Source: Methanobacteriota archaeon (GTDB taxonomy: Archaea > JAADCQ01 > Methanopyri > Methanopyrales > Methanopyraceae). Taken from it: a DNA stretch of 20,471 nt. Positions 1-7,649 of the stretch are shown here, piece by piece (position 1 is the first letter of the stretch; each line of letters opens with the position of its first letter). The notes beneath the pieces were generated by a model, which saw nothing but the letters and a program-made list of their open reading frames with translations, was not told the DNA's origin and searched no databases. The stretch is from the NCBI GenBank assembly GCA_027064305.1, contig JAMOPY010000024.1, positions 1 through 20,471 of the forward strand, in the 5' to 3' direction. The position numbers and the translations under genes were made by a program.

Positions 1-175
1 ACGGGATCCCCGCGGCCGGTGGGGCTCGAACGCCCGATAAGCCTTCCCGCGCCGCCCGGGTGTGATCCGGTGTGAACCATCCGGGCGGGCGTGCGCGGCC
101 GTGCCGGCGCTCGTGTCAACTTTCGGGAAACGCTTGTTAGGGGGCCGGGGCGCGCCCCTCCCGGGGTCGACCCGA

Positions 176-955
176 GTGCGGGTGAGGGAGCTGACGGTCC
201 TGGGCGGCACGGACAAGGACGGGCGGCCCGAGCCCGTGAGGCGGCTGACGCTGCGTCCGGGGGACGTTGTCGCCATCGTCGGGCCGACGGGCTCGGGCAA
301 GTCGGCCCTGCTCCGGGACGTGGAGCTCCTGGCCCAGGGCGACACGGTCACGGGGCGCCGGGTGCTGATCAACGGCGAGCGTCCCCCGGAGTCCCTCCGG
401 TTCGACCCGGAGCGCCGACTGGTGGCCCACGTGACGCAGACGATGGGCTTCCTGGCGGACTGCTCGGTCCGCGAGTTCGTCGAGCTGCACGCGGAGAGCC
501 GGGGCGCGGACGTGGATCCGGAGGAGGTGATCGAGCTGGCCAACCGGTTCACGGGCGAGCCCATCCACCCGGACATGCACATGACGGAGCTGAGCGGCGG
601 CCAGTCCCGCTCCCTGATGATCGCCGACGTGCTCCTGATCAGCGACTCGCCGGTGGTGCTGATCGACGAGATCGAGAACGCCGGGATCAGGAAGCGGGAG
701 GCGCTGGAGGAGCTGACTCGGCACGACCGCATCGTGCTCCTGGTCACGCACGACCCGGCCGTGGCGCTCCGCTCGCGCCTCCGGATCGTCATGAGGAACG
801 GCGCCATGACGGAGCTGGTGGAGACGTCGGAGCGGGAGCGCGAGGTGGCGGACGTGCTGGACCTCGTGGACGAGTGGTGGCTGGAGCTGCGGGACCGGGT
901 CCGCCGCGGCGAGCGGCTGGACGACGTGAAACCGCCCTCGGGGGTTCGAGCGTGA
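176..955 (+). CDS. Stand-alone ABC-family ATPase (no permease nearby)
   Basis: Walker A GPTGSGKS, signature LSGGQ, Walker B VLIDEIEN, H-loop VTHD. Start moved from 62 to in-frame GTG 176 (or 182) because residues before VRVRELTVLGG look non-protein-like; the start is inferred. Confidence 0.85.
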   Translation: MRVRELTVLGGTDKDGRPEPVRRLTLRPGDVVAIVGPTGSGKSALLRDVELLAQGDTVTGRRVLINGERPPESLRFDPERRLVAHVTQTMGFLADCSVREFVELHAESRGADVDPEEVIELANRFTGEPIHPDMHMTELSGGQSRSLMIADVLLISDSPVVLIDEIENAGIRKREALEELTRHDRIVLLVTHDPAVALRSRLRIVMRNGAMTELVETSEREREVADVLDLVDEWWLELRDRVRRGERLDDVKPPSGVRA

Positions 956-1662
956 AGCTCGTGATCGTGTCCGGCACGCCGGGCGCCGGCAAGACCGCGG
1001 TCATCCTGCACGCGCTGAGGTACCTGGAGGGAGAGCACCGGCCGGCGGTCGTCAAGGTGGACTGCCTGGACACGGACGACCACCGCGTGTATCGGGAGCG
1101 GCTCGGCATCCCGGCGATCCGGGCGCTGGCCCGGGACATGTGCCCCGACCACTTCGCGGCCTACAACCTCGAGCACATGCTGCGGTGGGCGGAGGACGAG
1201 GGGGCGGACCTGCTCCTCGTGGAGACGGCCGGCCTGTGCCTGCGGTGCGCCCCGTACGTGGACGCGTGCCTGGGCGTCTGCGTGGCGGACGTGACGCTGG
1301 GCCCCAACTCGCCCGCGAAGGTGGGGCCGTTCCTGCAGACCGCGGACGTCGTGTGCGTGAACAAGGGCGACCTCGTCTCACAGGCGGAGCGGGAGGTGTT
1401 CATGCGCCGGGTGGCCGAGGTCAACCCGGACGCGCGCGTGATCGAGACGAACGGGCTCACCGGCGCGGGCTGCGAGCTGCTGGCCCGGCTCATCCAGGAG
1501 GAGGCTCCCGAGGTCCCGGACGACCTCAACGAGGTCCGGCTGCGCGAGAAGGCCCCGCTCGCCGTCTGCACCCTGTGCGCGGGCGAGACGCGCGTGGCGG
1601 CCGAGCGACACCGGGGCGTCCTCCGGCGAATCGACGGGTTCACGGAGTACCGGGGCGAGTGA
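952..1662 (+). CDS. HypB/UreG-like (G3E family) metal-binding GTPase
   Basis: GTG start overlaps the upstream TGA (GTGA at 952-955). G1 GTPGAGKT, CPDH metal motif, G3 ETAG, G4 NKGD, extra CxxC motifs (CLRC, CTLC). Confidence 0.88.
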   Translation: MKLVIVSGTPGAGKTAVILHALRYLEGEHRPAVVKVDCLDTDDHRVYRERLGIPAIRALARDMCPDHFAAYNLEHMLRWAEDEGADLLLVETAGLCLRCAPYVDACLGVCVADVTLGPNSPAKVGPFLQTADVVCVNKGDLVSQAEREVFMRRVAEVNPDARVIETNGLTGAGCELLARLIQEEAPEVPDDLNEVRLREKAPLAVCTLCAGETRVAAERHRGVLRRIDGFTEYRGE

Positions 1663-1665
1663 CCG

Positions 1666-2343
1666 TTGACCGCGGTGAAGCGCATCGCCGACCTTCTACC
1701 CGGCTTCCACTGTGGCGCCTGCGGGTACGACCGCTGCGACGACTTCGCCCGCGCACTGGTCCGCGGCGAGGCTGACGTCAACGACTGCCCTTACCTACGG
1801 ACCGAGCGGTTCGCGGGACAGCGTCGCCGGATCCTGGAGCTGCTCGGTGAGCTCAAGGAAGAGGAGGAAAAGGAGGGGATTCGAGGCGTCCTCGACGGCT
1901 ACGAGGCCGACCTGATCCTGGGTCCACTTCCCGATGAGCCGGCCTGTCGGGAGACCCTCCATCCGTTCGACCCGAACGCGGACGTGAGGGAGGGCGAGGT
2001 GATCCGCTACCGGCCCTGGGGGTGCCCGATCACCCACTTCGCCCGGGTGCTGCGCGCGGAGAAGGGGCTCGTCACGGTGCACGTGGTGGGGCCCCGGCAC
2101 CGGCTCGGTGAGGAGGACTTCGAGTTCCGGGACGTCGGACTGTGCCTGGTGGTCGGGTTCGAGGGCGTGGTCAAGGAGGGTCGGGTGCCGGACGTTGGGG
2201 AAACCGTCCGCTTCCTCCCAGAGCACTGCATGATGCAGAAGGTGCACTCCGGCGTGGTGGTGGAGGCGGTCGGCGACCGGGTCGTCATCGAGTGCATCGA
2301 CCTGAAGGTGTGGACCCCGCCCGAACGCCCGCAACCGAGTTGA
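1666..2343 (+). CDS. Predicted Fe-S cluster protein with N-terminal 4-Cys (RnfB-type) domain
   Basis: [19 protein letters not shown]...CP motif; further PWGCPITH and HCMMQKVH motifs; 3 bp after the GTPase stop. Confidence 0.82.
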   Translation: MTAVKRIADLLPGFHCGACGYDRCDDFARALVRGEADVNDCPYLRTERFAGQRRRILELLGELKEEEEKEGIRGVLDGYEADLILGPLPDEPACRETLHPFDPNADVREGEVIRYRPWGCPITHFARVLRAEKGLVTVHVVGPRHRLGEEDFEFRDVGLCLVVGFEGVVKEGRVPDVGETVRFLPEHCMMQKVHSGVVVEAVGDRVVIECIDLKVWTPPERPQPS

Positions 2344-2364
2344 GCCCGGGCCGACCGGAACCCC

Positions 2365-2430
2365 GGGGTGATGGGGAGCGAGGAACCCTGCCGAGCCGCC
2401 GGCGGTGAGGAGGGGTCGACTTACCGACCC
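2365..2430 (+). ncRNA. Box C/D methylation guide sRNA (candidate targets in 23S rRNA)
   Basis: C GUGAUGG 2368-2374; D' CCGA 2391-2394; C' GUGAGGA 2405-2411; 12-nt guide GGGGUCGACUUA; D CCGA 2424-2427; GGG/CCC terminal stem. Guides complement AGGGUUCCU and AGUCGACCCC, two neighbouring conserved 23S segments. Confidence 0.75.
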
Positions 2431-3338
2431 TCGCGCAGCCTCCTCCACCTCCTCACGTTCTCCTCGCCCGGCCGCCACTCGAGGGCGACGTTATCCCCCA
2501 CGCTCACGCCCAGCTCCCGCGCCACCGCCCGGCACTTCGCCCGGAGCAGGAAGTAGACCGGGACGTCGGGGAAGGGCTCCTCCGGGATCGACTCGAAGTT
2601 CCCCTGCCCCTTGGAGACGACCACGTCCGCCCACTCCAGCGCCTCGAGCAGCTCCCCGCTCGCCTCCGTCACCAGCAGCCCCAGCATCTCGGACCCGGTG
2701 TCGATCACCCGGCACACGTCCGTGAGACCGACCGCCCGCGCGTCCTCCCGGGTCGCGTCGTTCACGATCGGCGCGCCCCGCACCACCGCCACGACCTCCG
2801 CGTCCAGGTCTCCCGTGAGCACCTCGATCAGGAGTCGGTCGAGCGCGATCTCGCCGGCGTTGTCGCACAGGTACACGATCCTCTTCCCGCGCAGCTCGTC
2901 CGGGTCCAGGTCGTACACGGCGAACCTGACCCGCCTCACCTCCTCCCGCAGCTCCTCCACGTCGAACTCGTGTCCCGCCACCGCGAAGTCGATCACGTTG
3001 CCCACGATCGCCGCCGCGGCCGCCCTCCGCAACCGCTCCTCGACGCTCAGTCCCTCCAGCTCTCCCCTCAGCTCCCGCGCTAGCCCCAGGGCCACCCGGT
3101 TGGCCCGCTCCTTCTCCTCCCGGTACGGATCCTCCTCCTCGGCGTACCTCATCACGGCGCGCTGCGCCTCCGTGCCCAGCCGGGGCGGCTGCGGGGTGGG
3201 CTCGCGCTCGTAGAGCTCCAGCACCCGCCTGGCGGCCGCCGCGATCGCCCGTTTCCGATCCTCCCGGGGCACCGCCCGGTTGATCGTGTTCACCGCGATC
3301 TCCAGCACGCAGGGAACGCACTCCGGAACGGCCCTCAG
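2421..3338 (-). CDS. DUF89/ARMT1-family damage-control metal-dependent phosphatase
   Basis: DPYREEK, GNVIDF, YLCDNAGEIALD, PIVNDA and SKGQGNFES motifs. The family N-terminal ECxPC motif (LRAVPECVPC) lies upstream of GTG 3308 and is included only with a CTG start at 3338, which has GGGGAG upstream. Confidence 0.88.
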   Translation of the reverse strand: MRAVPECVPCVLEIAVNTINRAVPREDRKRAIAAAARRVLELYEREPTPQPPRLGTEAQRAVMRYAEEEDPYREEKERANRVALGLARELRGELEGLSVEERLRRAAAAAIVGNVIDFAVAGHEFDVEELREEVRRVRFAVYDLDPDELRGKRIVYLCDNAGEIALDRLLIEVLTGDLDAEVVAVVRGAPIVNDATREDARAVGLTDVCRVIDTGSEMLGLLVTEASGELLEALEWADVVVSKGQGNFESIPEEPFPDVPVYFLLRAKCRAVARELGVSVGDNVALEWRPGEENVRRWRRLREGR

Positions 3339-3353
3339 CCCCGACTCCCCCCG

Positions 3354-4610
3354 TCACCGCAGGAACAACCACGCGTACTCCTTCGGCAGGCTGACGATCC
3401 GGTCCCAGGGCCACAGGCCCAGCGGGGCCGGGGCGGCCAGGCACGCCAGGATGAACGTCAGCAGCAGCATCGGACCCCAGTCCTTGCGCTCGTCGTCGTC
3501 CAGGAACGAGCGATCCTTGGGGATCCGGGAGGTGATTTTGAGGAGCACCAGCAGGGCGACGATCGCGACGTGGTACCACCGGAGGAACGCCTGGACCAGG
3601 AGCGAGAGCGCCGAGAGCCACCGAACCGCGCCCGTGTTACCCAGGTAGTACCGCATGATGTACCCGCCCTCCAGCGGGTACACGGGGAGTGCGGACAGCC
3701 AGGTGACGGCCAGCCCCGCCCACCCGGCCAGCGTGAGCGGGTTCGCCTTCAGCCCCAGCCCCGAGGCCAGCAGGAGCGACCACGTGCTGTGCAGCACCTT
3801 GAACTTCACCGGCACGTGCCGGTGCAGGGCCCCGAGCGCGAAGACCGCGCTGGACACCAGGAACCCCACCGAGAGCCCGGCGGCGCCGACTCGGCACAGG
3901 GACCTCGCCAGCATCGGCCGCACGTTCGACCGCACGACGCCGGAGTACCCGCCCGGGAAGTGCGGGACCGGCAGCGCCAGCGGCAGGCGCGGGTCGAGCC
4001 CCTCCCGGCCCGCCGCCCAGAACTTCGCGAGCTCCTTCGCGAAGAAGATCGCGGAGAACGCGACCGCGAACTCGAGCCCGTACCAGGCGCTGCGGAACGC
4101 GTACCAGCCGCCCGCCCAGGCGAAGATCGGGACCGACAATAGGAGCGGGATCAGGTAGCCGGGCTCCTCCTTCGGCACGACGTGCTTGAAGACCCGCAGC
4201 GATCCCGCCTCCTCGCCCGGCTCCGCCGCGAACCCCAGCTCTCCCAGCCTCCGGGCCAGCTCCCGCGGATCCCCACGCCGCTCGTACCGGAGCTCGATCG
4301 ACCCGTCCTCGAGCACGCGGTGATCCTCCGCCTCGTACCCGGCCTCCTCCAGCGCCCTCAGCACCCGCTTAACCTCCTCGTAGTCGGGGAACGCCCCCGG
4401 GTCCGCCTCGGTCCGGAACACCCCTTCCACGATCAGATCGGACCCGCACTCCGGGCACCTGCCCCGACGCTCGTACACCACCTCACCCTCGTGCTCCTTG
4501 AACCGGAAGTAGTCGCACTCCGAGCACGCCAGCAGCGTGACGAGGTTGTACTCCTCCTCCACCTCCTCGGTGGACACCGGCTCGATCGGGAGCTGCCGCC
4601 GCAACGTCAA
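3354..4610 (-). CDS. M50/site-2-protease-like membrane protein with N-terminal Zn ribbon and degenerate active site
   Basis: CSEC...CPEC ribbon; multiple TM helices; M50-like order of motifs, but KELAK in place of HExxH and SALPVYPLEGG in place of NLLPxxxLDGG. TTG start overlaps the yjbQ stop (TTGA). Confidence 0.72.
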   Translation of the reverse strand: MTLRRQLPIEPVSTEEVEEEYNLVTLLACSECDYFRFKEHEGEVVYERRGRCPECGSDLIVEGVFRTEADPGAFPDYEEVKRVLRALEEAGYEAEDHRVLEDGSIELRYERRGDPRELARRLGELGFAAEPGEEAGSLRVFKHVVPKEEPGYLIPLLLSVPIFAWAGGWYAFRSAWYGLEFAVAFSAIFFAKELAKFWAAGREGLDPRLPLALPVPHFPGGYSGVVRSNVRPMLARSLCRVGAAGLSVGFLVSSAVFALGALHRHVPVKFKVLHSTWSLLLASGLGLKANPLTLAGWAGLAVTWLSALPVYPLEGGYIMRYYLGNTGAVRWLSALSLLVQAFLRWYHVAIVALLVLLKITSRIPKDRSFLDDDERKDWGPMLLLTFILACLAAPAPLGLWPWDRIVSLPKEYAWLFLR

Positions 4611-5020
4611 CCGTCCCCTACGACCGTGACCAGCACCCGCCTCGTCCTGGGCCCGTCCAGCTCCACGAACAGGATCGACTGCCAGGTGCCCAGCACGGGC
4701 TCCCCGCCCGCGACGGGCAGGGTGACGGAGGGACCCAGCAGGATGGCCCGCAGGTGCGAGTCCGCGTTGTTGTCCACCTTATCGTGCTCGTACCCCGCCC
4801 CTTCCGGCACCAGATCCTCAAGCTTGTTAACCACGTCCCGCAGCAGCCCGGACTCCGGCTCGTTCACGATCACCGCCGCCGTCGTGTGCCGGGAGAACAC
4901 GTGCACGATCCCCTCCTCCACCCCGCTCTCCGACACCGCCTCCCGCACGTCGTCCGTGATGTCCACGAGCTGCACGCGCCGCTCCGTCCTTACCGTCAGC
5001 TCCGTCCGGTACACCGTCAA
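4607..5020 (-). CDS. yjbQ: YjbQ/UPF0047 family protein
   Basis: HTTAAVIVNE, YEHD...NADSH, LGTWQSILFVELDGPR motifs. Start at TTG 5020 or GTG 5029. Confidence 0.9.
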   Translation of the reverse strand: MTVYRTELTVRTERRVQLVDITDDVREAVSESGVEEGIVHVFSRHTTAAVIVNEPESGLLRDVVNKLEDLVPEGAGYEHDKVDNNADSHLRAILLGPSVTLPVAGGEPVLGTWQSILFVELDGPRTRRVLVTVVGDG

Positions 5021-5046
5021 CTCCCACACCCCGGGGGCGCGGGGAC

Positions 5047-5769
5047 GTGGAGATCCCGCACCTGCACGTGGAACCCCTGAGGCTCGCCGCCTCCGTCGTT
5101 ATAGCGTTGATCCTGATCAAGATCGCCTCCCGCGTCGCCCGCGCCGCCCGAGACCGGCTGGAGCGGGAGGGGCTCCCCGACATAGCCTGGTGGGTCGAGA
5201 AAACACTCCTGTACGGCACCTACGCGCTCGCGCTGACGGTCGTGCTGGGCGCCCTCGGGGTCAGCCTCCTGGGCCTCCTCACCGGCCTCGGGCTGGCCGG
5301 GGCCGGCGCCGCCCTCGCCGCACGGACCCTGATCGCCAACCTCCTCGCCGGCCTCTACCTGGCCGTGGAGCGCCCCTTCGAGGTGGGCGACCGCATCCGG
5401 GTGGGCGAGTACCAGGGAGAGGTCGTGGACATCCGCATCCGCTGCACCGTGCTCCGCCACCGGGGCCGCGAGTACCTCATCCCCAACGCCCTCCTCATCC
5501 AGAAGACGGTCGAGCTCCTAAAGGGTGAGCACGAGGTGGACCTGCGCGTCCGCGTCCCGGGCCCCGCGACCGAGATCCGGCGCCGGATCGACCGGCTGGA
5601 GCGGGAATTAAAAAAGGCCGGCGCGAGGCACCTGAGCCTGACCCTCGAGCACCTGGAGCCCGGGGAGGCCCGGCTGCGGATCCGCTCCCTCGGACTCCCC
5701 CGGGACCGGGTCCAGGAGATCGTGGACCGCGTGCTGCTCGTGAAGAGGCCTGGCGGGACGGACCGCTGA
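5047..5769 (+). CDS. mscS: Small-conductance mechanosensitive channel family protein
   Basis: Three TM helices, Gly/Ala-rich TM3, NLLAGLYL...RPFEVGDRIRVGEYQGEVVDI...IPN signature. Confidence 0.88.
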   Translation: MEIPHLHVEPLRLAASVVIALILIKIASRVARAARDRLEREGLPDIAWWVEKTLLYGTYALALTVVLGALGVSLLGLLTGLGLAGAGAALAARTLIANLLAGLYLAVERPFEVGDRIRVGEYQGEVVDIRIRCTVLRHRGREYLIPNALLIQKTVELLKGEHEVDLRVRVPGPATEIRRRIDRLERELKKAGARHLSLTLEHLEPGEARLRIRSLGLPRDRVQEIVDRVLLVKRPGGTDR

Positions 5770-5802
5770 GGGATGACGATCACGGGAGCCGGGAGCGGAC
5801 CC
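5740..5802 (+). ncRNA. Possible box C/D sRNA or K-turn element overlapping the mscS stop
   Basis: GUGAAGA 5740-5746, CUGA 5766-5769, AUGACGA 5773-5779, CGGA 5796-5799. Spacers (19 and 16 nt) are longer than canonical and no target was recognised. Confidence 0.35.
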
Positions 5803-5837
5803 CGCCCCCACCCTCCCGAAACCGGGGGAGGGAGAGC

Positions 5838-6746
5838 GTGGCCGGGCTCGAGGTGAACGGCGTGCCGGTCGAGGACACGTACTGCGAGGCGTTCAAGGGC
5901 CTCTACGCCCGGTTCATCGTGACCGCCGCCGACGAGCGCCCGCTGCGGGAGGCCGCCGAGAACGTCGCCGCCCTCCCCGCCACCGTGTTCGGCGAGTCCG
6001 AGGCCGGCATCGAGCGCTGGCTCGACCCGGACGAGACCCCGGACGGGCGGCCCGGATTCATCGCCCAGGTGTGGGTCGAGCACGGGAAGAAGGCCGTCGA
6101 ACGGCTCGAGCGGGAGCTGGGCAAGCGGATCCGACAGGGCGTCCTCGTCCGCCCCACCACCCGCGTCTTCGACGCCTGCGAGAACCCACGGGGGCACATC
6201 GACACCGAGCGACCCATCGGCCGCTGCGGCGACGGGTACGAGTACACCGACGTCCGGTTCGGCCGCGAGGTCGTCAACATCCCCATCATGATGGGAGAGT
6301 TCCAGATCGAACGGCGCCTGGGCTACGGCGAGGGGGTCGCCGGCGGCCTCGTCTGGCTCCTCTGCGAGGACACCGAGGCCGCCCTCGAGGCCGGGTACCG
6401 CGCGGTCGACGCGCTCCGGGACGTAGAGGGCGTCATCACCCCCTTCAACGTCTGCGCCGCCGGCTCCAAGCCCGAGACCCTCTACCCCGACATCGGACCC
6501 ACCACCAACCACCCCTACTGCCCCACCCTCCGCGACCGGATCCTGGACTCCAAGGTCCCCGAGGGCGTGGAGGCCATCCCCGAGATCGTGATCAACGGCG
6601 TCTCCCTCGACGCGGTCAAACGAGCCATCCGCACCGCCATCGAGGCGGCGACCGAGGTCGACGGGGTCGTCAAGGTCACCGCCGGGAACTTCGGAGGCAA
6701 GCTCGGCGACTATCGAATCCCGCTGCGGGAGTGCCTGCACGAATGA
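5838..6746 (+). CDS. Formylmethanofuran:tetrahydromethanopterin formyltransferase-like protein (Ftr paralogue, EhaS-like)
   Basis: VNGVPVEDTYCEAF, ETPDGRPG, GSK...TTNHPYCPTLR, EIVING, AGNFGGKLG are Ftr-family motifs; the segment LPATVFGESEAG diverges from canonical Ftr (FGTSVIMCPAEAG). Confidence 0.88.
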   Translation: MAGLEVNGVPVEDTYCEAFKGLYARFIVTAADERPLREAAENVAALPATVFGESEAGIERWLDPDETPDGRPGFIAQVWVEHGKKAVERLERELGKRIRQGVLVRPTTRVFDACENPRGHIDTERPIGRCGDGYEYTDVRFGREVVNIPIMMGEFQIERRLGYGEGVAGGLVWLLCEDTEAALEAGYRAVDALRDVEGVITPFNVCAAGSKPETLYPDIGPTTNHPYCPTLRDRILDSKVPEGVEAIPEIVINGVSLDAVKRAIRTAIEAATEVDGVVKVTAGNFGGKLGDYRIPLRECLHE

Positions 6747-7633
6747 GCGTCGAGATCGTCGGGATCGGCGCCCTCAACGTGGACGAGCTCCTCCACCTCC
6801 CCCGCATGCCCGGCGAGGACGACTCCGTCCCCGTCGAGCGCCGCGAGCGCCGCGGCGGCGGCTCCGCCGCCAACACCATCTGCTGGCTCGCCCACCTCGG
6901 CCACCGCACCGGCTTCGTCGGCAAGGTCGGCACCGACGAACTCGCCGACCTCGCCCTCAAAGAGCTCGAGCGGTACGGCGTCGACACCTCCCGCATCGTC
7001 CGAGACGAGGGCCGCACCGGCGTCGCCTACTGCCTCATCGCCGGAAACGACCGCCGCATCCTCGTGGACCCCGGCGTCAACGACGAGCTACGACCCGAGG
7101 ACGTGGACCTGGACTACATCCTCGAGGCCGAGCTCCTCCACGCCGGCTCCTTCATCGGCCTCCGCACCGAGACCTCCCTGAAAACCCTGAAGACCGTCAT
7201 GCGCCGCGCCAGCCGCGAGCTCACCGTCACCTTCACCCCCGCCACCATGGTCCTCCGCGGCTACAGCTACCTCGAGCCCTACCTCCGCGCCGCCGACGTC
7301 GTGTTCCTGAACGAGACCGAGGCCAAGCAGCTCACCGGCAGCGTCCGGGACACCCTCAACCTGCTCTCCCGGCTCACCGACACCGTGGTCGTGACCCGGG
7401 GCCCCAACCCCACCCTCGTACGGTACGGAACCGAGACCCTCGAGGTACCGCCCGAGCGCGTCCCCGAGGAAGAGATCACCGATCCAACCGGGGCCGGCGA
7501 CGCCTTCGCCGCCGGCTTCATCGACGGGTTACTCCGCGGCGACCCGCCCGACAAGTGCTGCGAGCGCGGGCACGAAGTGGCCCAAAAATGCCTTAAAGTG
7601 ATGGGCTGTCGGCCGGCCCCCAACAACCGGTGA
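6743..7633 (+). CDS. PfkB/ribokinase-family carbohydrate or nucleoside kinase (EhaT-like)
   Basis: ATG overlaps the upstream stop (ATGA 6743-6746); GALNVD, GGGSAAN, FLNETEA, DPTGAGDAFAAGF motifs. Confidence 0.9.
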   Translation: MSVEIVGIGALNVDELLHLPRMPGEDDSVPVERRERRGGGSAANTICWLAHLGHRTGFVGKVGTDELADLALKELERYGVDTSRIVRDEGRTGVAYCLIAGNDRRILVDPGVNDELRPEDVDLDYILEAELLHAGSFIGLRTETSLKTLKTVMRRASRELTVTFTPATMVLRGYSYLEPYLRAADVVFLNETEAKQLTGSVRDTLNLLSRLTDTVVVTRGPNPTLVRYGTETLEVPPERVPEEEITDPTGAGDAFAAGFIDGLLRGDPPDKCCERGHEVAQKCLKVMGCRPAPNNR

Positions 7634-7649
7634 GCGGGGGGCGGGGTCG

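Noticed and set aside
91-951. N-terminal 287-aa extension of the 523-aa ORF
   Set aside because: Gly/Arg/Pro-rich shadow frame over the ATPase; the GTPase starts at GTG 952.
3339-3356. In-frame UGA joining the protease-like gene and DUF89 gene (possible selenocysteine or readthrough fusion)
   Set aside because: No Cys-equivalent context, no recognisable SECIS, and an SD plus CTG start explains the arrangement.
6071-6742. N-terminal extension of the 520-aa ORF
   Set aside because: Low-complexity shadow frame over the Ftr-like gene; the kinase starts at ATG 6743.
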